Shown: positions 44,399 to 55,378, counted from the first letter of the stretch. The stretch is 64,000 nt of DNA from an uncultured Nitrososphaerales archaeon (GCA_963695855.1 CAVOHZ010000010.1:1344001-1408000), one strand, 5' to 3'. Made by a program: numbers and translations. The notes: generated by a model not told the origin, from the letters alone.

Positions 44399-44783
44399 GT
44401 AAAATGTTCAAAGTACAAATTTAACAAATAATAAATAAATTGATTTGATTTAATTCAAATAATATTGAAAGACAATTTATCGATTAAAATTGTAACTAAT
44501 CTAGAAAAAGTAATTAAAATATTAGCGGATTAATAGATTACTACAACATAATTGAACAACTTACGTAAATTGAACTGGACATTTTTATATGCTGTTGTTT
44601 TGTCATTATACCTAGATTTATTTTACATATATTTGTAACAATCGTAGATAGAAGTCGAAGGATTTACTGCCATATATTTTAGAAACTCTATTGTTGTATT
44701 TTCCAATTCTAAGTCTGTTACTTCTTTAGGTGTAAGTAGAGATAACAAATATTTTTATATTTTCAATCAACTTAAATTATAGA

Positions 44784-46241
44784 ATGAATAGCGAAAGTGA
44801 ATATGACCTAATAGTTATAGGAACAGGATCAGCAGCGTCAGCAGCAGCTCATGAATGTCGTTCGAAAGGGTGGAGTGTAGCTATTATAGATTCATTACCA
44901 TTTGGAGGCACATGTGCCTTGCGTGGATGCGATCCTAAGAAGGTGTTAGTGGAGGCAGCCAAGATTGTTGACTCAAATCTGAGGCATGAGGATAAAGGTA
45001 TAGTTGGTTCACAGGAAATATATATAAAATGGTCTGATTTGATAAGTTTCAAACGTATTTTTACTGAACCTTTTCCTGAACATAGAGAAAATGGTTACAT
45101 CAAAGCCGGAATTGATGTATTTCATGGTCATGGCAAGTTCATTGGTAGAAATAATATTCAAGTTGAAGAAAATAATAATAATGATAATACAAATAAAATT
45201 ATTATTCTTAATGGTAGATATATTCTAATAGCTACCGGAGCAAAACCTATGAATCTAAATATTCCCGGATCTGAGAATATTATTACGAGTGATGGTTTCC
45301 TTGAGTTTAGTGAAGAACATTTACCAGATAAAATTGTATTTGTGGGAGGTGGCTATATCTCTTTTGAATTTGCACATATTGCTGCTCGTGCAGGAGTAAA
45401 GAAGATTACTATTCTACATCGAGGCAAACAACCTTTAGAGCACTTTGATCCAGACCTTGTGAATCAGTTGGTTCAACGGTCTCGAGATATTGGAATAGAC
45501 GTTCAAATTGGTAGAACAGTCAAGAAAATAGAAAAGCTGTCTGACGGTAAATTACTAGTTGTACATTCAAGTAGTAATGTTTCAGACACTTCTCTAACTA
45601 CTATTGCAGAGGAAAAAAGGAGTTCAGACGAACAAACAGAGGAAGCTTACTTGGTAGTACATGGAGCTGGCAGGATACCAAATATTGAAAGACTAAATCT
45701 GGTCGCAGGTAATATAGAACATACTGATGGTAGAGGTATAAAAGTAAATGAATATCTTCAAAGTGTTTCAAATCCATCGGTATATGCAGCAGGCGATGTT
45801 GGAGACAGTGGGGGTCTACCATTAACTCCTGTAGCAAGCTATGAAGGTGTTATAGTAGCAAATAATTTAATCAATGGAAATACTATTAAAACAAACTATA
45901 CTGGCTTGCCAAGTGTTGTATTTACTATTCCTCCTCTAACCGCAGTAGGTATGCAGGAAAAAGAAGCTACCCAAAGAGGATTGCAATTTAGAATTAAATA
46001 CGAAAAAACTGACAGCTGGGCGTCATCAAAAAGAGTAGGGGAGACTTGTTCAGGATTTAAAGTATTAATTGAGAAAGATACTGATCGAATTTTAGGGGCT
46101 CACATACTTGGTCCACATGCTGAAGAAGTCATTAACATTTTCTCTTTAGCTATTCGATTAGGACTATCTGCAAAGGATCTTAAGGATCCTCTATTGTATA
46201 CCTATCCGACTAACTCATCGGATGTTGTATATATGTTATAA
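44784..46241 (+). CDS. Class I pyridine nucleotide-disulfide oxidoreductase (glutathione reductase-like)
   Basis: GGTCALRGCDPKK, GGGYIS, YAAGD, YPT. Confidence 0.93.
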   Translation: MNSESEYDLIVIGTGSAASAAAHECRSKGWSVAIIDSLPFGGTCALRGCDPKKVLVEAAKIVDSNLRHEDKGIVGSQEIYIKWSDLISFKRIFTEPFPEHRENGYIKAGIDVFHGHGKFIGRNNIQVEENNNNDNTNKIIILNGRYILIATGAKPMNLNIPGSENIITSDGFLEFSEEHLPDKIVFVGGGYISFEFAHIAARAGVKKITILHRGKQPLEHFDPDLVNQLVQRSRDIGIDVQIGRTVKKIEKLSDGKLLVVHSSSNVSDTSLTTIAEEKRSSDEQTEEAYLVVHGAGRIPNIERLNLVAGNIEHTDGRGIKVNEYLQSVSNPSVYAAGDVGDSGGLPLTPVASYEGVIVANNLINGNTIKTNYTGLPSVVFTIPPLTAVGMQEKEATQRGLQFRIKYEKTDSWASSKRVGETCSGFKVLIEKDTDRILGAHILGPHAEEVINIFSLAIRLGLSAKDLKDPLLYTYPTNSSDVVYML

Positions 46242-46925
46242 TCAATTATCATCTAAATAATTTTTTAACTAATTATAGAAAAAAGCTACCACTGATAAAA
46301 ATTCATTACTGCAATATTGAATATCGTTTCAGAAATAAAATTTGATTGTTACAAAAATGAAATGCATAGGAACAAATAGATATATGCTTTATAAAGATAT
46401 ATGCTTTATAAAAATAAATAGAACTATAATTCGGTGAATGCTGAATATCTGCTATTATGAATATTTTTGCTATTTAGTATAAATTTAATCATAATATTGT
46501 GAAATATTAAGCAAGAAAATTATATCTATAAAATTTCTTATCAATCCAATTTTATTTATATAATAGCAGTTGATCCACGATAAAATAAAAGAAGTATTAA
46601 AAACTTTGAACAGTTCCGAGGTATCCGGACTAGCAACAGTAGATCCTGAAGAAGTAATCTTATATTGCTTTAGTAGTCTTTAATTTTGACGGTAACAATA
46701 TATTCATTCCAATAGATGATAGACCTAAGAAATCAAAAACCATTTTAAAAGAGTAAAAGAATATACAAAAAATACCAATTGTAATAGCATCATTACTCGC
46801 CGCAGTATGTGGAATTCAAATTATCCAAGATTTAAAACATCATTATAAACAATTAAACTTTTAAAATATAATATATGTTCCTAGAAAATGTATTTGTAAT
46901 AAATAAAAAAGATATGGGGGTTTTT

Positions 46926-47996
46926 CTACTTTGAGAATACTTCTTTAAGTGTATGAGAAGCCTGATCTATTGCACCTCTTGCTGCAGGAGTATCACTAAT
47001 TGGATTAAGCATCATAAAGTCATGAATAGCCCCAAGGTAACGAGTTGCAGTAGTAGGAACGCCAGCCTGCATCAGTTTATGAGCATATGCTTCACCTTCA
47101 TCACGTAGAACATCATTTTCTCCTACTATGATGAGTGTAGGTGGTAATCCACTAAGCTGTTCAACTGATGCTTGTAGTGGAGAAACAGTCGGTTCTTTTC
47201 TATTAGTATCATTTGAAAGATAATTATCCCAAAACCATTTCATATTATCACGCGTAAGAAAGTATCCTTCTTGATATGTATTATATGAAGAAGTGTTAAA
47301 GTTGGCATCTGTAACTGGATAAAATAGCATTTGGAAGATAATAGGAGGTCCGCCACGCTCTTGTGCAAGTAGTGCAACTGTAGTGGCCATGTTGCCCCCT
47401 ACACTATCACCTGCTACTACTAAACGTGAAGAATCTAAATTAAGGCTTTGACCATTCTCTGAAATCCATTTTGTAGCAGCATATGCTTCTTCTAGAGATT
47501 GTGGATATTTTGCTTCAGGAGAGAGCGTATAGTTAACAAATACAATTGCTGCATGTGCGCCATTAGCAAGTTCCCTTAACAATCTCTCATGAGTATCAAA
47601 ATTACCTAGCACCCATCCACCACCATGAGTGTACATTACAACAGGTAGAGTTTCATTGCCACTACCTGGGGGTCTGACTATCTGAATAGATATTTCGCCA
47701 TTAGGACCCACTGGAATAGTTTTGTTTTCTATTTCAGCTGGAAGTTTTTCAATCGAACCTGCCTGAAGTCCAGACAGTACATTACGAGCCTCAGTAGGCG
47801 TTAATGTATAGAGTGGAGGACCACCGCTTTGTTGTATCTTTTCTAAAAATAATTTAGTATTCTTTTCTACGGTAGAATAATTGGAATATTCGATACCATA
47901 TACTAACGGATTAATATTATTTAAGGAGAAATACAAACTTATTGTTATTATAAGAATTATAATTGCTGAAAAATATGAAGTCAGTTCGATTTTCAT
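46926..47996 (-). CDS. HSL-family esterase/lipase with N-terminal leader
   Basis: HGGGW, GDSVGG, DVLRDEG, HDF. Confidence 0.93.
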   Translation of the reverse strand: MKIELTSYFSAIIILIITISLYFSLNNINPLVYGIEYSNYSTVEKNTKLFLEKIQQSGGPPLYTLTPTEARNVLSGLQAGSIEKLPAEIENKTIPVGPNGEISIQIVRPPGSGNETLPVVMYTHGGGWVLGNFDTHERLLRELANGAHAAIVFVNYTLSPEAKYPQSLEEAYAATKWISENGQSLNLDSSRLVVAGDSVGGNMATTVALLAQERGGPPIIFQMLFYPVTDANFNTSSYNTYQEGYFLTRDNMKWFWDNYLSNDTNRKEPTVSPLQASVEQLSGLPPTLIIVGENDVLRDEGEAYAHKLMQAGVPTTATRYLGAIHDFMMLNPISDTPAARGAIDQASHTLKEVFSK

Positions 47997-48194
47997 CTTT
48001 TATCTATAATATGAATTCTTTTATTTAAGTATGTAGTCTGTTGAATAGCTTTCTATCTGGCATGAGTTATAACAAAACATTCGTAACTGTATCACATAAT
48101 CAATTCCAATTCTTTAAATCATTTCATGAGTAAGAAAATTTTAAATTATGAATTTATTAAAATTGATAATTTGATTAAGCAAAACAACAAATTA

Positions 48195-48920
48195 TCAAAA
48201 TTTAGGTCGTATTATTTCATATACATAGTCAATATGTTTGAATGATTTCATCCTTTCACTTTTCGGAATATATAATTTATTAGTAACAAATTTGTCTATA
48301 ACTAATTCATTAACTTCTTTTGAAATAATGATTTGGTTTTTATTAGCATAACCCTCAAGTCTACTACAAAAGTTAACATTCTTTCCCATTGCTGTAATTT
48401 GTACTCTTGAAGGTGAATTCCAATAACCAAAAATAACATCTCCCACATGAATAGCGCATTTTAAATCAATATTAGTATGCGGTTTAAAACCAAAATAATT
48501 ATTCCATAGTTCAAGATGCCTATTTTTTATATTTTCAAATATTTTCCTTAATTCAATGGCAGCCAGAATTGTTCTTTTAGGAACTTCATCAAATTTTATA
48601 TCTTTAATACCAAAGTAAGCAAAAATTCCATCACCTATAAATTTGTCCAAAATTCCATTATTGTTGCTGATAATTTGTGAGGCTGCATGGTAGTATTCTT
48701 TTAAAAAAAGTAAAAGTTCTTCCTTTCTTCTCTCTATGGCAAGCTCATTAGTAAGGTCTGAGAAATTGGTAATATCCCAAAATACAATGATCAGTCTACT
48801 AACTTCAATTCCATAGGAACGAAATGATCTAAGTTCATTAAATATATAGGGATCAAAAAATAAACCAAGTTTTTCTTTATCATAAGTATCATCTACATCT
48901 ATTATTTTTCCATTAGACAT
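48195..48920 (-). CDS. Class III adenylate/guanylate cyclase
   Basis: VFWDITNFS, LDKFIGDGI, VNFCSRLE. Confidence 0.9.
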   Translation of the reverse strand: MSNGKIIDVDDTYDKEKLGLFFDPYIFNELRSFRSYGIEVSRLIIVFWDITNFSDLTNELAIERRKEELLLFLKEYYHAASQIISNNNGILDKFIGDGIFAYFGIKDIKFDEVPKRTILAAIELRKIFENIKNRHLELWNNYFGFKPHTNIDLKCAIHVGDVIFGYWNSPSRVQITAMGKNVNFCSRLEGYANKNQIIISKEVNELVIDKFVTNKLYIPKSERMKSFKHIDYVYEIIRPKF

Positions 48921-48942
48921 AATCTAATTTATTCTCCAATTT

Positions 48943-49359
48943 CTATTCTCTTTCATCCAATTGACTTAGCAAATACTGATGTCGAATGTTGAATCTTTTA
49001 TTAAGATATGTTAGTTTTTCAGTATTGCTCATATCGCGATAATTTTGAATGAATATAGATATGCTGTTATGTTCTTTCATATCTTTCATAGTAGTATGTT
49101 CTTTACAAATATAATCAATTTGTGAAAAGTCATAATTAAATGTCAGTTCCTTAGATTCTCCTGGATCTATTTGTAGTTGTTGTATGATTTCAACTCTTGA
49201 AAAATCTTCTACCAGCCCAAAAAAATATAAATTATGAAAATCCTTACTCACATTTATCCATTTAACGTTATCTCCCTTTTGTATTTTAACAACCTCTGGA
49301 ATAAAACTTCTTATTTTTTCAGGTGGTATAAATTCTGGGATGATAACCGAATGATTCAT
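48943..49359 (-). CDS. Cupredoxin-like protein
   Basis: FIPEVVKIQKGDNVKWIN..FHN and YICKEHTTM. Confidence 0.65.
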   Translation of the reverse strand: MNHSVIIPEFIPPEKIRSFIPEVVKIQKGDNVKWINVSKDFHNLYFFGLVEDFSRVEIIQQLQIDPGESKELTFNYDFSQIDYICKEHTTMKDMKEHNSISIFIQNYRDMSNTEKLTYLNKRFNIRHQYLLSQLDERE

Positions 49360-49777
49360 ACTAATACTATAATGTATATTTATTAATAAAATTTTAATTT
49401 ATTTTAAAAAAATGGTAATTGAAAGAAATGAAATGAAATATAAGATATTTTAGTCTTTCTTATATTATAAGAATTTCAATTATAATATTCGTTCTTTTCA
49501 TTTAGTAAAAAATTGTATAACCTAATACTATTGTTCTGGTTACTTTTTTATTTGCTACTTGTTCTATAGAATGAACATTATTTCCTAAATAACTTTAGCA
49601 TATATAGCCAAATAAGTATTTCTGATTTATTTTTGGCATATTCTATTATTTTGTTTAACACATTTAAAACTGCTCTCTTCCATCAAGATACGTTAAATGA
49701 CAGGCCAATTGCTATTTGGACGGTTTGAGGTCAGCAATCCTAGAGTTTGTTCAGAACAAATTAGCATTCAATTTAAC

Positions 49778-50041
49778 TTAGATAAATGTTTCATCCATAT
49801 AGCACCACTTCCAATGTTCATCAGGTTCAAAAGATTGGATAATCGGGTGTTCTGTTGAATGGAAATGTTTAGTTGCATGTTTATTCTTTGACGAGTTACA
49901 ACATCCTACATGGCCACAAATAAGACAAAGACACAAATGCACCCAAGAATCACCAATTTTAAGACAATCCTCACAACCATCAGCACTAGGTTTTACGTAT
50001 TCTTGAATTAATTTAAGATGTTTACATCCTGAATCAGACAT
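49778..50041 (-). CDS. UBP-type zinc finger protein
   Basis: CEDC..W.HL.LCLICGHVGCC..SKNKHATKH. Confidence 0.92.
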   Translation of the reverse strand: MSDSGCKHLKLIQEYVKPSADGCEDCLKIGDSWVHLCLCLICGHVGCCNSSKNKHATKHFHSTEHPIIQSFEPDEHWKWCYMDETFI

Positions 50042-50159
50042 TATTTTATTTTATTGACATGTTCCTAATAAACGACATATGTTTGGAAATAGAGAGACGA
50101 AAGCGGAAGAGAAAGACGCTATACCGGGTCAGATCAATATCTTGAATCGCGCTTCTTTT

Positions 50160-50621
50160 TATTATTTTTTAGCTATTTCTTTATTAATGAATTCTTCAAA
50201 GGCAGGATCAAACCCATTTTCCTGCATCTACAGTTTTCCATATTTCTCCTAGCGTACCTTGTTCAAAAGCGCTTTTCATATATCTCAACCATCCTGTCCA
50301 TTCGCTATCGGTTATTACTCCTCTTTGCCACATATGGAATACATGTGCAAATGTGTATAGAATATAATAAGCATATGATACCTCTGGTGAAGAATAGTTT
50401 GCTGGAATATTACTTAGTACTTTAATCAGTTGTGGCCGTTCTATAGCGATCTGAGTAATTTCACGCATTCTTTCATCCAAATCATTGAGGATTTTTGTTT
50501 CTATATCTGTTGATAGGGTCTTCATTTGTTTTCTTGAAAAATATAGAACTACAAACATACTACTTATAATTCCAAGTGCCCCTCCCATACTGAAAAATTC
50601 AGCTATACCAATTTCAACCAT
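50160..50621 (-). CDS. Hypothetical membrane-anchored protein, probable frameshift near the 3' end
   Basis: ORF stops at 50208 but FDPAFEEFINKEIAKK continues in another frame to ~50163. Confidence 0.6.
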
Positions 50622-51056
50622 TACTCGTTACTTATAAAAGATATCTTCATAAGAGTTTCTTTTCAGATGTCTAATCTAAATCATACAAAATGGAAATAAA
50701 ATCATAATTACCTTTTGAAAAAATCTTTTCTAATAATGGACTGTGCCATTTTCTTTAACATCTCTTGTTTCCTTTACTAAATTGTGGAGAATAGTTATAT
50801 ATCATTAATTGATTTTAAATCACAATTTGAAACTATTTTTTTGTTTTAATACGAGTTACAAAAGAAGTTATACATATAATAAGATGTTGAAAAAAGTGGT
50901 ATAATAATTAAATTAATCACTATAAGAGGGAGAGCAGAAACTCATCTTAACTCAGCTTAATGAACAAATTCGTGTGTACTTTGAAGAAATTTGCTATTAT
51001 GTTGTAAGTATTATTACTTTGTTGTTAATTATCCTAATCAAGATAAAATAGTTCAC

Positions 51057-52325
51057 TCACTCATTCAAAATTAGCTGAGCGGCGCGCTTTGCGCTTGCAA
51101 CTGACGCATTAGACAATAATCCCTCCTTGCCTACCCAGTCTCCTACTATGTACAAATTATCTGCAATCCTTGGATCAGGTCTTCCACATAATCCGCCGTC
51201 TGCAGCAGTAACAAGAGCATTAGATACCACCATGTTGGGCAGTGGTCTCTTCTTAACAAGTACCTGTCTCCATCCCGGCTGCAGCAAATCAAGGAACTCC
51301 TCTAACTCCGGCTGATCCTCTCTTGGTTTTGGTTCAATTGAAGTACCAAGATATTTTGCGACGTGGATTAATGCCCCACCCTCAGGAGCAAGCTTTGCAT
51401 AAGCAGAATGAACCGAAAAATATAATGGACGATCTACCCCCAAAGCAAACAATGTGTCTTTGTCTGGAAGGCTGCTAAGAGCAACATCCAAACATACCAA
51501 ACGTATTGGTTTTGCTTCTTTTGCTGCCTTTGACAGTACATCTGGTCTCTCATTGTCATCGAAAAGGCTGTAGGCATCATTTGGACCTGCTGCTATTACA
51601 ACTATCTTTGCTGATACTTCAGTTTTGTCAGACAGCAAAACTTGCCACCCGAAGGAATTAGTTCTTTTCACCCTTATTGCCTTTTTTCCCATGACAATTC
51701 TTGCATTTGCGTTTTTGGCTACTGTTAGTAGTCCGTCGACGAGTGTCTGCCAGCCTCCATCTAAATACATAACTCCTGCTCGACTACCCAGATAGATTTG
51801 GTGAAGTACTGGTCCTATGCTCTGAATGTCTGGATCGTTTGCATAAGTATTTAGTCTGAAAATCGTCTTAATTATTTCAGCATCGTTTATGTCGTGAATA
51901 TTTTTGTCTAGCCATTCCTGTTCTGTAACACTTTCTAATTGTGAAAAATCCATTTTGGTAGGTGAAATAAAGAACTGACTCCCATCACTCTTCCCAGATA
52001 GCCAACTGCTATAATCACCCGCAATTTCACGTTTCTTGCCACCACTTATTAAATAACCTTTCAATGCAGGAATGCCGCCAGTATAAGTTATGCCTATCTC
52101 CTTTAAAATTGAGTCATTTGCGTCAGTGAGATATAGTGCGTGCGGTCCTTGATTAAAGTAAAAACCGTCTATTTCTGCAGTCCTTGCACGACCTCCAATT
52201 TCTCTAGATGAATGTTCAAATAATGTTACTGCCTTTCCAGAACGTGCAAGGAGAGCAGCAGTGGTAAGACCTGCAAGACCTCCTCCAATAATTACGATAT
52301 CTAAACTATCGGCTTTATTTGACAT
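51057..52325 (-). CDS. Phytoene dehydrogenase-like FAD-dependent oxidoreductase
   Basis: IIGGGLAGL, IGGRART, FNQGPHALY, YLDGGWQ, VGDWVG; start set at MSNKADS. Confidence 0.88.
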   Translation of the reverse strand: MSNKADSLDIVIIGGGLAGLTTAALLARSGKAVTLFEHSSREIGGRARTAEIDGFYFNQGPHALYLTDANDSILKEIGITYTGGIPALKGYLISGGKKREIAGDYSSWLSGKSDGSQFFISPTKMDFSQLESVTEQEWLDKNIHDINDAEIIKTIFRLNTYANDPDIQSIGPVLHQIYLGSRAGVMYLDGGWQTLVDGLLTVAKNANARIVMGKKAIRVKRTNSFGWQVLLSDKTEVSAKIVVIAAGPNDAYSLFDDNERPDVLSKAAKEAKPIRLVCLDVALSSLPDKDTLFALGVDRPLYFSVHSAYAKLAPEGGALIHVAKYLGTSIEPKPREDQPELEEFLDLLQPGWRQVLVKKRPLPNMVVSNALVTAADGGLCGRPDPRIADNLYIVGDWVGKEGLLSNASVASAKRAAQLILNE

Positions 52326-52600
52326 TATAATCCATATATCTAGAAGTATTGCTGTTAAATGTTTCTCTTCGAAGAAATAATGAACTTTAAGACATTTGAA
52401 TTTTTTTCTTTTCATCAATCTTCTCTTGAAAAGCATATTTCTATCAAATCAAATTTGGCTCCAATTCTTTTTAATTTCTTAAACAAGATCGATATAATGT
52501 CCTCAGAAACATCCTTCACTACTGTTCTCTAGTTGTAATAGTTCACACATACATCAAGTAGAACATATTTAGGTGTATGAAGATGGTTATCTCCTTAATT

Positions 52601-52719
52601 GGCTCTGTTAAGTTAACCAAAAATAATCAGGTAAATTGAAAAAATCAAATAAAATTGAGCGTAGAACATAATATAAAAGCAGAACATATCTAATATTTTA
52701 TTCTTAAGTTAATAGCACC
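52601..52719. mobile_element. IS6-like MITE; unoccupied target of the mini-IS1111
   Basis: Ends ggctctgttaagttaac and cttaagttaatagcacc (reverse complement ggtgctattaacttaag); no ORF. Confidence 0.65.
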
Positions 52720-52960
52720 GTATATACAGTCTATGTTCAAAGAGAAAGTAAGGTTTATTGTATTAATTCTGAAATATTTTATTATCCTTTTATAGTATTA
52801 CATGAATTTTATCATGACATACGGGCAAAAGGTGGAATTGATAGAAGCTCAGAGAAATATGTTAATTTGTATGCAAAAAGTTTCATTGATTCCTATAATA
52901 AAATAGTTAGAAAAATAAGATCACAAAATAATAAACAGTAAAACAAATATTTACTAAAAA

Positions 52961-53155
52961 TTATTTAGATCTTTGGTGTTTAGACCAATATAATTTATTA
53001 TTTTGTCCACATTCTTTGCATTTATATAAAGTTTCTATATCGTCTCTATTAATTCTATTTTTATTTGGTTTTGTATGTGTTTCATTTGGTTTGACAGCAA
53101 TAAATTCAGCTCCACAATAAATACAACTAAAATACTTACCTGTATTAGATGGCAT
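52961..53155 (-). CDS. Small zinc-ribbon protein
   Basis: CIYCG...CKECG. Confidence 0.7.
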   Translation of the reverse strand: MPSNTGKYFSCIYCGAEFIAVKPNETHTKPNKNRINRDDIETLYKCKECGQNNKLYWSKHQRSK

Positions 53156-53804
53156 GAGAAATTTATATCATCTTCTTTATCTAAATTTTATCCTTTAATT
53201 TTTAAAAAAAAGATATTCTATATTTGTATTATTGTTATTGATATTTTATTTGAACTTGCAAGATATCGAATATTGAAATTCTAAAATATGATAAAAATTT
53301 AGAAAGGTACTAAAAATAGGTCAAATTTGTTTCACATCCCACTGGCCCCATATTGTGTAAGGGATCAGTTGAATTAAAGTTTTATTATACAATATACAAA
53401 ATTGATATTTGAAAAAAATATCATTAATACATAATAAAAGTTTGTATTATCTCATTTATTAGAATAAAAATGTATTTTCACAATTCAAAGGGAATCTGTG
53501 GGATTTGAACCCTTCGATAAAGTGGGACGAGTAATTTTTTGAATAATATAACTTTATTAAAGATTTGTTTAGTTTAATTAAAAAAGTAGTAGTTTTAATA
53601 ATTGATAATATTATATAAATCTATTAATTGATGGGAGGATTCAAATTCTAATTATAACATAATATGGTAACATAATATTTTAAGTTTAAGATTTGAGAGT
53701 CTAATGATTGATAATTAAGAAAATAATATTCAAGTCTATAAGAAAAAAATTAAGTTTTTGAAGTTATTCCACTACTTCGCTCATTAGAACATTCCTCTGC
53801 TTCA

Positions 53805-55208
53805 TTATTTGCGCAGTGATTTAAAGCCCGCGCGAACCTCTTCTGAAAAGAGTTGCGGCTGTTCCCATGCCGCAAAATGCCCGCCTTTGTCTAGTCTGTT
53901 ATAATGGATGAGTTTGGGATAAGCCCGCTCTGCCCAGCTTCGCGGGGCCTGATATAGCTCGTCAGGAAAGATGCTCACTGCAACGGGGATCAAGACGTTT
54001 TTGACGTCGAAAAAGGGTAACTTGTTTTCCCAATAGAGACGAGCCGAAGAAATCGCCGTGTTCGTCAACCAGTAGAGCGTGATGTTGTCTAGCACATCAT
54101 CTCGTGTAAGGCCTTCAGGTTGTCCGTCAAAGACGCGTGAGATAAGCTCCAAACTACGCGCGTCGTGGTCGAGTATCCAGGCGGCTAGGCCGACGGGTGA
54201 ATCCGCAATTCCGTATAGTGTCTGTGGGCGGTTCCCCATTTCGAGCGCATAGGCCACGCCTTTCGAAAAAAAGTATTTCAGCTGCTCGCACGCGAGTCTT
54301 TCGTCGGGTGAGAGATTGGATGGCAGCGAGCCTCCGGTCTGGATCGCCTTTGAAACGTCGGGTGGAACCGTGCCAGGCATGTTGGAGTGAATGCCGAGCA
54401 ATTCTGGGGGGGCTTGTACCCCCATCATATCAACGATAAGTGCACCCCAATCACCACCTTGCGCAACAAACTTCGTGTATCCAAGGCGCTTCATGAGCTC
54501 TACCCACGCACGTGCAATACGTACGGGGCCCCAGCCGGTAGTGGTCGGCTTGCCTGAGAACCCGTAGCCCGGCAATGAAGGAATCACCACATGGAAAGCA
54601 TCCGATGCGCTTGCGCCATGTGCCGTGGGGTTGGTCAGGGGATCGATGATCTTCAGCTGCTCGATGACCGAGCCGGGCCATCCGTGCGTGACGATAAGCG
54701 GCAACGCATTCTCATGTTTCGAACGAACATGGATGAAATGAATGTCGAGCCCATCGATCTTGGTAATGAACTGCGGCAGGGAGTTCAGTTTCGCTTCGAC
54801 CTTGCGCCAATCGTGTTCTGTCACCCAATAGCGCGCGAGTTTCTGCATTGTCGCGAGCTGTACGCCTTGCGACTGATCCGTCACCGTTTCCCGGTCAGGC
54901 CACTTTGTCGCGCTTATGCGCCTACGCAATTCGATAAGTTCCGCTTCCGGAACGTTCACTTGAAAAGAACGAATATCCGAGTTGTTGATTTTATTAATAT
55001 TATTACTTGTAATATTGCTGTTATTCATAACCCCAGGCAAAACTGGTGGTGCTGTTTCTTTTATTGCTGATGCTTCTCTAATAGTCTTAAGAATGTTCGA
55101 TGTACCAAAAACACCTAACCCAAGAGATAATGATCCTGCTCCCAAAAGTTTCAGAAATTCCCGCCTTGAAAACTGCTTATCTTTCAAACTGTCTTGATCA
55201 TCAGACAT
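53805..55208 (-). CDS. Microsomal-type epoxide hydrolase with Tat signal peptide
   Basis: SRREFLK; EHN domain, THGWPGS, QGGDWG, GGHFAAWEQP. Confidence 0.93.
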   Translation of the reverse strand: MSDDQDSLKDKQFSRREFLKLLGAGSLSLGLGVFGTSNILKTIREASAIKETAPPVLPGVMNNSNITSNNINKINNSDIRSFQVNVPEAELIELRRRISATKWPDRETVTDQSQGVQLATMQKLARYWVTEHDWRKVEAKLNSLPQFITKIDGLDIHFIHVRSKHENALPLIVTHGWPGSVIEQLKIIDPLTNPTAHGASASDAFHVVIPSLPGYGFSGKPTTTGWGPVRIARAWVELMKRLGYTKFVAQGGDWGALIVDMMGVQAPPELLGIHSNMPGTVPPDVSKAIQTGGSLPSNLSPDERLACEQLKYFFSKGVAYALEMGNRPQTLYGIADSPVGLAAWILDHDARSLELISRVFDGQPEGLTRDDVLDNITLYWLTNTAISSARLYWENKLPFFDVKNVLIPVAVSIFPDELYQAPRSWAERAYPKLIHYNRLDKGGHFAAWEQPQLFSEEVRAGFKSLRK

Positions 55209-55378
55209 TCTTCATAATATAGTAACGCAAATATTAAAACTTATAATGTCTATATCAATAGACACATCAATTATGCTTAACTATAAAATAGCGATCTTCA
55301 TCAACTTTTAACGCTAAATATACTAATTTTTAATATTTAATAGATAAAAGTTATATATTTAGAATATGGTCCAAACCT

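Noticed and set aside
44784-46241. merA
   Set aside because: No C-terminal Cys-Cys pair and no mer genes nearby
53491-53535. tRNA gene (also 42029, 20674, 14341)
   Set aside because: Only a T-arm/acceptor-like piece; no D-arm or anticodon arm could be folded
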